Of a stretch of DNA of 32,000 nucleotides, positions 17,801 through 29,800 are shown piece after piece. The notes below the pieces were generated by a model. It saw only the letters and a list, made by a program, of their open reading frames with translations, was not told where the DNA came from and searched no databases. The DNA comes from Gemmata obscuriglobus (lineage in GTDB: Bacteria; Planctomycetota; Planctomycetia; Gemmatales; Gemmataceae). Position 1 is the stretch's first letter, and every line of letters begins with the position of its first letter. Position numbers and translations under genes: made by a program. The stretch spans positions 3,060,001 to 3,092,000 of the forward strand of contig NZ_CP042911.1 of assembly GCF_008065095.1 (NCBI RefSeq), in the 5' to 3' direction.

Positions 17801-20800
17801 CTCCGCCGGTCGTTCCGCCCACCAACCCACCACCGGCGGGACCGGAGGTTCGCGCCAACACGCACACCACGGGCCACCAGGTCGGAGCGTCGGTGGCAAC
17901 GGACGCGGACGGGAACTTCGTGGTCGCCTGGACGAGCCAAGACCAGGACGGCAGCGGGACCGGGATCTACGCCCAGCGGTACGCGGCCAACGGGATGCCC
18001 CTGGGGGGCGAGTTCCGGGTCAACACGTACACCACCGGCCACCAGGCCGGAGCGTCGGTGGCGATGGACGCGGACGGGGACTTCGTGGTCGCCTGGGCGA
18101 GCGCGGGGCAGGACGGCAGCGGATATGGGATCTACGCCCAGCGGTACGCGGCCAGCGGGGTGCCCCTGGGGGGCGAGTACCGGGTCAACACGTTCACCAC
18201 CGGCAACCAGACCGAACCGTCGGTGGGTGTGGATGCGGACGGGGATTTCGTGGTCGCCTGGCAGACCTACGTACCGGGGTCCGGGCTCGGCGGGTACGAG
18301 ATCCAGGCCCGGCGGTATTCGGCCAGCGGTGCCGCGCTCGGCTCCGAGTTCCGGGTCAACACGTACACCACCAACGACCAAGCGATTCCGTCGGTGTCTG
18401 TGGCAGCGGGCGGAAACTTCGTGATCGCCTGGCAGAGCTACGGCCAAGACGGTAGCGGGACTGAGGTGTACGCCCGACGGTATTCGGCCGGCGGTGATCC
18501 TTTGGGCACCGAGTTCCGGGTCAACACATACACTGACGGTCACCAGGTAGCCCCATCAGTCGGCCTGGACGCGAGCGGGAACTTCGTCGTCGCCTGGCAG
18601 AGCAGTGGGCAAGGTGACTGGGGGTGGAGGATTTACGCCCGGCGGTACTCGGCCGGCGGTACCGCGCTCGGTTCCGAGTTTCGCGTCGGCGAGTACACCA
18701 CCGGCTACCAGGCTGACCCGTCGGTAGCGGTGGACGCGGACGGAGACTTCATCATCTCCTGGACGAGCGCCGGGGAAGACGGCAGCGGCAACGGCATCTA
18801 CGCCCAACGGTACAGTTCGGCCGGCACGACGCAAGGTACGGCACTTCGGGTCAACACGTACACCGCCGGCGATCAGATGTTCCCGGCAGTGGCGGTGAAC
18901 GCGGATGGGGACGCGGTGGTCGCCTGGCAGAGCGACGGCCAGGACGGCAGCGGCAACGGCATCTACTTCACCCTGTTGGGCGGTGGCAGCTCGTCCCCAC
19001 CAGTCGTTCCTCCAACGGTTACGATCTCGGCGACAGGCGCGGGCGCGGGCGAGCCGTCGAGCACGGGGATGTACCGGATTTCGCGCACCGGCACCAGCGG
19101 CGACCTGGCCGTCACGTTCGTGCCGTCGGGCACCGCGGCACGGGGCGCCGACTACACGTTGAGCGTGGGCGGGGTGCCGGTGGCCGGCAACCAGGTCACG
19201 ATCTACAGCGGCCAGTCGTTCGTCGACGTGCTGCTCACCCCCGTCGACGACGCGGTGAGCGAGCCCACCGAGACCGCGGTGCTCACCCTCCAGGGCAGCT
19301 CCGTGTACTCCCTCGGGGCCGCGTATGCGGCCACCATCAACATCACCGACGACGATCCGTCGTTGCCTCCTCCGACGGTTACGATCTCGGCGACAGGCGC
19401 GGGCGCGGGCGAGCCGTCGAGCACGGGGATGTACCGGATTTCGCGCACCGGCACCAGCGGCGACCTGGCCGTCACGTTCGTGCCGTCGGGCACGGCCGCG
19501 TCGGGCGCCGACTACACGTTGAGTGTGGGCGGGGTGCCGGTGGCCGGCAACCAGGTCACGATCTACAGCGGCCAATCATTCGTCGACGTACTGCTCACCC
19601 CCGTCGACGACGCGGTGAGCGAGCCCACCGAGACCGTGGTGCTCACCCTCCAGGGTAGCTCCGCGTACACCGTGGGCAGCCCGGCCGCCGCCACCGTCAG
19701 CATCACCGACAACGACCTGCCGGCGGTCACGGCCGCGGCCCTCGACGCCACCGCCGGCGAGCCGTCGAGCACGGGGATGTATCGGATCTCCCGCACCGGC
19801 CCGCAGGCAGGGGCGCTGGAGGTCCGTTTCGCGCTCTCGGGCGCCGCCACGCCGGGCGCCGACTACACGCTGAGCGTGGGCGGGGTTCCCGTGGCGGGCG
19901 ACACGGTCACGATCCAGGACGGGCTGGGTTTCGTCGACGTGCTCCTCACCCCCGTCGACGACGCGACGGCGGAGTTCACCGAGGACGCGGTGCTGACGGT
20001 CCTGAGCGGCACCACGTACACCGTCGGCAGCCCGGCGGCCGCCACCGTCAGCATCACCGACAACGAGCCGCCGGCGGTCACGGTCACGGCTTTCGATGCT
20101 ACCGCCGGTGAGCCGTCGGACACCGGCACGTACCGCATCTCCCGCACCGGGGCGTTGGCCGGCGCGCTGCCGGTGACGTTCGTGCTGTCGGGTACGGCCG
20201 CATCGGGCGCCGACTACACGCTGAGCGTGGGCGGGGTGCCGGTGACGGGCAACACGGTCACGATCCAGGACGGGCAGGAGTTCGTCGATGTGCTCCTCAC
20301 CCCCATCGACGACGGGGTAGCGGAGTTTACCGAGACCGCGGTGCTCACCCTCCAGAGTAGCTCCGCGTACACCGTGGGCAGCCCGGCCGCCGCCACCGTC
20401 AGCATCACCGACAACGACCTGCCGGCGGTCACGGCCGCGGCCCTCGACGCCACCGCCGGCGAGCCGTCGAGCACAGGGATGTATCGGATCTCCCGCACCG
20501 GCCCGCAGGCAGGGGCGCTGGAGGTCCGTTTCGCGCTCTCGGGCGCCGCCACGCCGGGCGCCGACTACACGCTGAGCGTGGGCGGGGTTCCCGTGGCGGG
20601 CGACACGGTCACGATCCAGGACGGGCAGGGTTACGTCGACGTGCTGCTCACCCCCGTCGACGACGCGACGGCGGAGTTCACCGAGGACGCGGTGCTGACG
20701 GTCCTGAGCGGCACCACGTACACCGCGGGCAGCCCGGCGGCCGCCACCGTCAGCATAACCGACAACGAGCCGCCGGCGGTCACGGTCACGGCCTTCGATG

Positions 20801-23800
20801 CTACCGCCGGTGAGCCGTCGGACACCGGCACGTACCGCATCTCCCGCACCGGGGCGTTGAGCGGCGCGCTGCCGGTGACGTTCGTGCTGTCGGGTACGGC
20901 CGCATCGGGCGCCGACTACACGCTCAGCGTGGGCGGGGTGCCGGTGACGGGCGACACGGTCACGATCGAGGACGGGCAGGAGTTCGTCGATGTGCTCCTC
21001 ACCCCCATCGACGACGGGGTAGCGGAGTTTACCGAAGGCGCGGTGCTCACCCTCCAGGGTAGCTCCGCGTACGCCCTCGGCAGCCCGGCCGCCGCGACGG
21101 TCCTCATCGCCAGTAGCGACGTTTTCCCGACGGTTACGGTCTTTGCAACCGACGTCAGTGCGGGTGAGCCGGCGAACACCGGCGCGTACCGGATCTGGCG
21201 CACCGGCACCAGCGGCGCGCTGCCGGTAACGTTCGTGCTGTCGGGCACCGCCACGCCGGGCGCCGATTACACGCTCAGCGTGAACGGGGTACCAGTAACG
21301 GGCAATCAGATCACGATCCAGAACGGGCAGGAGTTCGTCGATGTGCTCCTGACCCCCGTCGACGACGCGGTGAGCGAGATCGCCGAGACCGCGGTGCTGA
21401 CGGTCCTGAGCTCCACCACCTACACCGTCGGCAGTCCGGCCGCGGCCGTCGTCGGCATTGACGACAACGACACCCGCCCGACGGTCACGGTGTTCGCAAT
21501 CGACAGCGGCGCGGGTGAGCCGTCGAACGCGGGCGCGTACCGGATCACGCAGTTCGGCGCCGGCGGCCCACTAACGGTTACGTTCGTACTTTCGGGCACC
21601 GCCGCCCGGGGCGCCGACTATTCGCTGGTTGTAGACGGGGTGCCGGTTGCGGGCAACCAGATCACGATCCCGGCCGGGCAGTCGTCCGTGGACGTGGTGC
21701 TGATCCCGGCCGACGACGGCATCGTGGAGACCCCCGAGACCGCAATGCTGGCGCTGCAGGCCGGCGCCACGTACACGATCGGTGCTCTCGCCGCCGCAAC
21801 GGTCACCATCACCGACGACGACACCCTCGCGAACACCACGCCGTCTGTCACCGTGACGGCCACGGACGCGGACGCGGGCGAGTCGGCAAACTCAGGCACG
21901 TACCGGATCTTCCGCACCGGCCCAATCGGGGTCGAACTGGTTGTCGCGGTTGCGCTCTCGGGCACCGCGACGCGAGGCGCCGACTACACGCTCAGCGTGG
22001 GCGGGGTGCCGGTGGCGGGCAACCAGATCACGATCCCGGCCGACGCGTCGTTCGTGGACGTGCTGCTCACCCCAGTCGACGACGCGGCGAGCGAGGTTCC
22101 CGAAGCCGCGACGCTCACCGTTCAGGCGGGCGGCGGGTACGCCGTCGGCGCACCCGCCGATGCGACCGTCGTCATCGCGGACAACGACCCGGCGGTCACG
22201 CCGCCGGCCGGTTTCAAGGAAGGCGAGCTGATCGGCGCGGCCGACCCGTTCGGTGCGCTACTCGCCACGTTTACTCACCCGGACCTGTTCAGCGACCCGA
22301 GCGACTTCGAGGCGGCCGTCAGTTGGGGCGACGGGACCACCAATAACACCACCAGCGGGGTCGAGATCGTGCCCCTCGGGGGCGGCCTGTTCGAGGTCCG
22401 GGCGAAGCACGCGTACCGGGAGCGGAGTGCCGCCGGGAACCCGTACCAAGTGGTGATTACGGTGACCACGCGGGCCGACGGCAGCACCGCGTCGGCGTCC
22501 GGCAGTTTGGCCATTGCCGACGCGGCCCTGACCGGCCGGTCGCACAACTTCACGGCCGGGCTGAAGGTGCCGTACGAGGGCGCCATCGCGGTGTTCGAGG
22601 ACGCCAACACGCTGTCCCCGGCGGCCAACTTCGAGGCCCAGGTGCAGTGGGGCGACGGCACGCAGGAAAAGCTCACCGGTGCGTCCATCCGCCCGCTCGG
22701 GGCCGGCGTGTTCGCGGTGGTCGGCAAGCACGCGTACCAGGTGGCCGGGGCCCAACCGTACACGGTGACTGTGCTGATCCAGGACGTCGACGGCAGCGCC
22801 CAGGCGGTGACCAGCACGGCCACCGTCGGCGCCGTCGCCCTGGTCGCCAGCGATTACGGCGTGAACGTGACCGCCACGGAGGGGACCGCGTTCAGCGGCG
22901 AGGTGGCCTGGTTCACCACCCTCGACACGAATTTCGATCCGGCGACGGTCCTGGCCGATGTGAATTGGGGGGACGGCACTGCGATCGATTTCGGCCGTCC
23001 TGTCGTGGCGCGGGACGGCGGCGGGTTCACGGTCGCTGGCACCCACCTGTACGCTCGCTCAGGTGGGTACGAGATTCAGGTCACGATCCGTCCCGCAGCG
23101 GGAGGCAATAACGGGGCACGAACGATCAAGGGATCGGCTCTGGTCCTGGGGGGCCAAATCACGGCCACCGGGCTCCCAATTACCGTGCGCGAAGGTACCG
23201 GGCTCGGGTCAGGGCAGGTCATCGCAACCTTCACAGATGCAGTGGCCGGTACGACCGCAACAGACTACTCGGCCTGGGTCGACCTTGGGAACGGTGACGT
23301 AGCGTCCGCTCCGATCTCTAAAAACGGGAACCACTTCGAGGTTAGGCTCGCCAGAGGGTACGAGCAAAACGGGTCGTACACCGCCACAGTTACCATTCGC
23401 GACAACCTTGGCGGCAGCACCGCGATAGTGCAGAGTGATGTTACAGTAATAAATGCAGAACTGGCAATCGAATATGTTAATTTGATCGGCAGCGGGTACG
23501 GCGACTTGTCATTCAGTATGCGTGTTGGCTTCAAGGAAAATCCGTACGATCGCGGCGAGAACTTTACCGCCACCGTCAATTGGGGCGATGGCACCCCGGC
23601 GTCTATGCATCGCGTGTACGGATACGGCGATCATTATAACGGAAATGCGTTTTTCTCATCATACAATCCAGCTGGCGATGGAATTGATGAAATCTACTAT
23701 TGGCTAACACCAGGCCAGTTCGAGGCCCTCCCGCGGCACACCTATGCAGCCGCTGGCACGTACATAATTACCATCACGATCACCCCCGACGACGGTCCGG

Positions 23801-26800
23801 CAAAAGTTTATACGCCTTGGACCTGGGGGCTACCTGTAATTTTGCCTCAATCTCAACCGATATCGAACACTGCGCCAATCGTCACTGCATTGCCGATCAC
23901 AGCAGTTGAAGGACAGCGCTGGGATGGTAAGATCGCTCAGTTTGTTGATCCATTCCCCGAAATGACAGGCACCTTTAGCGTATCTGTTGATTGGGGCAAC
24001 GGACATTATGCCGCAAACGTTCCGTGGTATCAGTTTTACCAAATAACCAACACGGGATACGGAACGTACGATATCTCAACATCGTATCGCTATAATTACG
24101 ATGGCATATACCAAGTAAAGGTGAGAGTTTATAAAACCTACTCAAACACTAATCAAATAGACACATCGGCGGAGAGTACTACAACAGCTATTGTCAGCGA
24201 GGCGCCATTCCGGGCCACCTCGCTGTCGGTGACCGGTGCCTCAATGGCTGGCACGGTCGGGCAGTCATTCTCCGGGGTCGTTGCGACCGGCACTCTACGC
24301 GATCCAGCGTACGGTACCGTGACCGCTTACATCAACTGGGGCGACGGTTCCGCGGAGCAGCAGGTCGCGGTGATTGCTGGAGCAACCTACTCCGTTTCGG
24401 GCACACACACGTACGCCTCTGAGGGTCTGTACAATGTGCGCGTTCGTGTGGAACAGCGGCCACCGAACGTGCAGACGCAACTGGTCCACTCGGCGAGCAC
24501 GACCAACACGATCAAGGTGACCGTCCCAGCTGTGTCGATTGCGGCCGCGCAGGATCCGCTCGCGGCAACTCAGAGCACGCCACCCGTCAACGTCGCACTG
24601 GCCGTCATCACCGACCCCCGGCCGGGGGTTACGGCGTCTGAGTACACGGCCGACATTTATTGGGGTGATGGGACCAAAACCCTCGGTACGGTGGCGGGAA
24701 CGGGCGGAACGTTCACCGTCAGCGGTAGCCACACGTATGGTGCGTCGGGGCCGTTTATCGCAGCCGTCGTCGCGCGCCGCGGAGCGGAGGTGTACGCGGT
24801 GCGGTTGGGAGTGACGGTCGCCCCGCCTCCCCCCCCACTGCCGGCCCCGACCAACGATCTGGTCGATTTGTTCGTGGACCCGGTTATCGCCCAGGGCGCG
24901 TACCAGGCCCAGGATCTCGTCGTGGCCCGGTTCCGAATCCGGGGCCAGGGCCAGTCGGTCGCGGGCTTCGCGGCGGAGATCCACTGGGGCGACGGGTCCG
25001 CGCCGACCCGCGGGCGGATCGAAGCGCTCCCGAGCGAGGACGGGGAGCTGCTGCTGTACCAGATCGTCGGTAGCCACCAGTACCGCGCGACGGGGGTGTA
25101 CGACACCACCGTCACGTTGATCAGCCGGAGCGCGAGTTGCCCGGACACGGTTGGCACCGGCGTGGTCGTCGTCTTGTCAGGGGCGGTGAAGGGGTTCGAC
25201 CTTCAGACCAGTGTGAGCTCCGACCTGCGGGACGTGGTGGTAGGTGAGTTCACTGACCCGAGCGACCCTCCCGCCAGCACCTTCTCCGCCTCGGTCAATT
25301 GGGCAGGCTATCCACCCTCCTCAAGCCCGGCGCGGGTCGTGCGTTTTGGAGCGGGCCACTACTACGTCGTTGCCAGTCGCGGATACGCATCGGCGGGCCA
25401 GTACCAGTACCAGGTGAATGTGTCTAGTCCCGGAGGGCTGGCGACCGGATATGGTACTGTAGACGTGCGCCCAACGGCGGCCGGAGTGCTCTCGGTGCCG
25501 TACCGTATGGAGGTGCCGACCACGCCGCTCCAATGGGCCGCGTTTACGGTGAACAGCGAGAACATTCCAAACGAGATCATCGACCGCAGTTACATCGACT
25601 GGGGCGACGGCAGCCTGCGCCTCACGGGTGACCGCGGCCAGGTCTGGGGAGGACTGCCGCAGCGAAGTGACATCCTGCTGAGCGGCGCACACGTGTTTCG
25701 GCAAGACGGAGTGCTCACCGTCACCGGTGGCGCGGCTGACGACGTGGGCGACCCGTACGTAACCGACTCTTGGTCCCTGCCGGTCGCCACCGCACCGCAC
25801 CGGTTGGTGGGCACCCGTCCTGTGCTCGCGGCGCGTGAGGACCGGGCGATCGGGTCTATCCCGATCGCCACCTTCACAGACGAGGGAACAGAGGCCACCG
25901 TTGACCAGTTCCACGCCCGGATCGACTGGGGCGACGGGACCGAGCCGTCCGACGACGGCACGCGCATCGTGCGGATCGACGACCGGACCTTCGCGGTGTA
26001 CGCCGACCACACGTACAACCAGGTGGGCGACTTCGCGATCACGGTGCTCGTCCACAAGGACGCGCCCGACGGCGTCGACGACGACATGCTCGCCGGAACG
26101 ATGGTCGCCACGCTGAAGGCGAGGGTGACGGCCGACCAGGCCGGGGTTAGCCAGACCGGTGCGGAGTGGTTCGCGGCCCTCCAGGGACAGAGCACCGGTG
26201 ACATCGTGCTCGGGGCGATCGTCGATCCCGCCCTGGCGGCAAACGCAGCCGCCCTGTCCGTGAACTGGGGCGACGGCTCCGCGCCACAAGCGGGCGAGGT
26301 GTGGCTGCGCCAGACCGGCCCTACCTCGTTCGAGGTGCTCGGCCGTCACACCTACGCCCAGGCCGGGATCTACGACGCCAAACTGACCGTCACGGCCGGC
26401 CCGAAAGTGTTCACGCTCGGCGGGCTCGTGCCGGTGTACCGGGCCGCGCTGGACACCACCCAGCGGACGTCCGACCCGGACCGCGGGGACTGGGTGCAGT
26501 TGGGCACCGCCGCGGTGTCGCTCAACACCGGCGCGGTGACCGTCAGCCACCCGCTCGACTTCGACCTGAGCCCGGGCACCGCCGTCGGCCGCAGCCCGTC
26601 CCTGGTGTACAACTCGGGCACCGTAGACGTGCGCCCGACCGCCGAGTTCCAGCTCACCGGACTGGGCGAAGCCTCGCCCAGCGGAATCAGCGTGACGACC
26701 AGTTGGGCCGACCGCAAGGAGCAGCCGGCCGTCACGTTCGCGGTGACGCCCGGCGCGCAGTTTGCGAACTACCTGTTCGGCACCCAGTCCGCGTACGAGG

Positions 26801-29800
26801 TGACCGAGACCGGGGCGTACGACTGGCGGTCGCACGTCCAGATCGCGATGGGGGCGAACCGGGCCCCGATCGAGGTGGAGGTGAAGGACCGGTCGCTGAC
26901 GGTGGTGACCGAGGACCACCCGGAGGTGCCGGTGCCGGTCGCCCACGGGTGGGGCATTGCCGGCATCGACCGGCTGGTGTGGGAGTGCCACGGGGACGTC
27001 ATCTGGGTCACCGGCACCGGCGACGCCCGGCTGTTCGAGCGCCTCGACGGCACCGACTACTGGTCCGACGAGGACTTCGGCGCGCTCCAGCGGAACATGG
27101 ACGCGAACTCGCCCGAGTACAAGTCGTTCGTGTACACGGCGCGGGACGCGTCGAAAATGTACTTCAGCGCCGCCGGGCTGCTGACCAAGGTGGTGGACCC
27201 GCAGCAGTTCGTGGTCACCTACGGGTACGACGCCGCCGGGCGGCTGACCGGGGTGCAGACGCCGGACGGGGGCGTCACCGCCATCGCCTACACACCCACC
27301 CAGGTCACCATCACCGAGCCCGGCAACCGGACCGTCACTCTGAACGTCGCGGGCAAGACGCTGAACGCGATCCAGGACGTCGACTCGACCAAGCACCTGA
27401 GCGCGTACGCGGACGTCGATAAGACTGCCGGCACCCGCACGTTCGGGTACAGCGGGGACCGGCTGACGAGCGACACGTGGAGCCCGCTCCAGACCGGGAT
27501 CGCGTACGACAAGAACGGGATGGTGAAGTCGGTCGACCGAGGGCTCGGGACGGTTTACACGATCGTCCCGGCGGCGGCGCAATCACTGGCGACCACCAAC
27601 GACAAGCCGGCCGACGCCCGCACCGCGGTGGCGACCCTCAAGGACCCGATCAACCCGGTCACCACCTACACGTACGACGCCCGCGGCCGCACGCTCCGGG
27701 TCGACGCCCCGCTCGGCGCGCTCGACCGCTACCTGTTAAACACAGCGGGGGACGTGGTCTGGCACGCGGACCCGCTCGACCGCAAGACCGTGTTCGAGTA
27801 CGACTTCAACGGCGACCTGCGGACCGTGGTCAACCCGGACGAGACCGAGCGGTCGTACCAGTACCACCCCAAGTTCGGCACCGTCACCCGGGCCACCGAC
27901 GAGCTCAGCCGAGCGACCGTGTTCACCTACGACGGCACCACCGGCCTGCTCAGCACCGTCGAGGACGCGCTGCACAACGTCACCAAGTACGAGTACTACC
28001 CCGACGCCGACGGCGGCGGGACACGGGCCGACCGGCGGCTCCTGAAGACCGTGACCGACGCCCTCGGCCACGTGACCAGTTACGCGTACGACGAGCACCG
28101 CCGGGTGAGCCAGGTGATCGACCCCGCCGGAGGGATCGTCACCACCACCTACGACGCCGCCGGCAACCCGCTGAAGGTTCTGACCAACCCGTCGCTTACC
28201 GGCAACACGAGCGAGGTGCGCACCACCACCACCGTCTACGACGGGCGCAACCAGTTGGTCCGGGTGATCGACGCGCGGGGCAGCGTCACCAGCACCGAAC
28301 TCGCTCCCAGCGGGCTGGTCGACGCCGTCACCGACGCGCTCGGGCGGCGCACCACCTACGCGTACGACCGGCGCGGGCTGCTGACCGGGATGACCGAAGG
28401 CATCGCCCCGGCGGCCGGGCTACCGGCTGGGGTGCCGCCCGCCCAGCGGTCCGAGGCGCGCGTCTACGACACGGCGGGCAACCTCAAGTCCGTCACCAGC
28501 GGCCTGGCCCCGGCCAACCCCACCGTCACGATCGGCGGAGCGGCCGCACCGCTTTCGTACCAGCACCTCACCACTGTGACGTACGAATACGACGCGCTGA
28601 ACCGGGTCAAGGGGGTGTACGAGGGGGTGACCGGTGCGGGCGCGTACCTGCGCGGCACCGAGACCGCGTACGACCGGGCCGGGAACGTGCGGTGGACCCG
28701 CTCCGGGCTGTCCACCACCGGGCAGCCGAAGGTTCTGTACTCCCGGCTCGGATACGACCTCCAAGACCAGCTCGGGCAGGTGATCGAGGCGTTCGGCCAC
28801 GCCCGCCTCCAGCGCACCACCACCACCGAGTACGACGACGTCGGGAACGTGCTGTCGGTGACCGACCCGCTGGGCCACGTGACCAGCTACGGGTACGACG
28901 AACTGAACCGGACGACCGTCACCTACGAGGCGTTCGGGACGAGCGACCAGCGGTCCACCGAGACCCACTACGACGCCGTCGGCAACGTCCTCTGGACCCG
29001 GGACCCGCGCGGCACCGTCACCAGCTACGGGTACGACCCGGCGGATCGGGTGACGCGGGTGATCGAGGCGTTCGGGGACACCGGGCCGGGTGGGGTGCAG
29101 CGCACCACCACCATGCTGTACGACAAGGTGGGTAACGTGCTCGCGACGTGGGCCCCGCGGTACCACGACAACCAGGCCCCGCCGGCCGGGGAGCCGAAGC
29201 ACGTCGTCACCAGCTACGTGTACGACGGGCTGGACCGGCGGACTCAGGTGATCGAGGCGGTGAACGTCGCCCCCGAGCAGCTCGGGCACGCCAACCCGAT
29301 CACCACCACCACCTACGACGCGGTCGGGAACGTGGTGTCGGTGATCGACCCGCTCGGCCGCACCACCAGCTACGCGTACGACGCGCTGGACCGGCCGGTG
29401 GCCGCGTTCGAGGTGTGGCAGTCGAACGGGACCGCGGCCCGCACCACCCGCACCTGGTACGACGCCAGCGACAACGTCGTCCGCCGGCACGCCGCCATCA
29501 CGGCCAACGTGGGCGGTGCCGAATCGACCACGAACCAGCAACTGTCCACGTACGCGTACGACGCGGTGAACCGGCCGATCTCGTCGACCGTCGGCGAGCC
29601 CGAGCGGGCGGTGCCGCCGGGTGGCGCGCCGCTGCTGCGGCTCACCACCACGTCGGTGTACGACGCCGCCGACAACCTGATCGAGTCCGTCGACCCGGAC
29701 GGCCGGCGGACGAGCATGGGGTACGACGTGCTCGGCCGGCAGGTCGAGCTGGTTGAAGCGTTCGGGGACGCCGGGCCGGGCGGGGTGCAACGCACCACCA

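Noticed and set aside
16834-19575. Minus-strand ORFs of 226, 306 and 339 aa with repeated VRVDPELG.ERG.AGRVPLGVD units
   Set aside because: They are antisense images of the FRVNTYT/DADGDF repeat blocks and the first Calx-beta units. Their periodicity is inherited from the + strand repeats, and their composition is Arg/Gly/Pro-biased.
19563-21965. Family of near-identical 72-115-aa minus-strand ORFs (MAAPESAKRTSSAP..., MREMRYVPVSDGSP...)
   Set aside because: They recur at the 702-nt/357-nt period of the Calx-beta array and are antisense to it. They are not an independent multicopy gene family.
16021-22188. Tandem repeats considered as a possible CRISPR array
   Set aside because: The 12-nt repeats have no spacers. 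The 345-360-nt units are contiguous and in frame, and they translate to PPVS and Calx-beta protein repeats. No cas genes are present.
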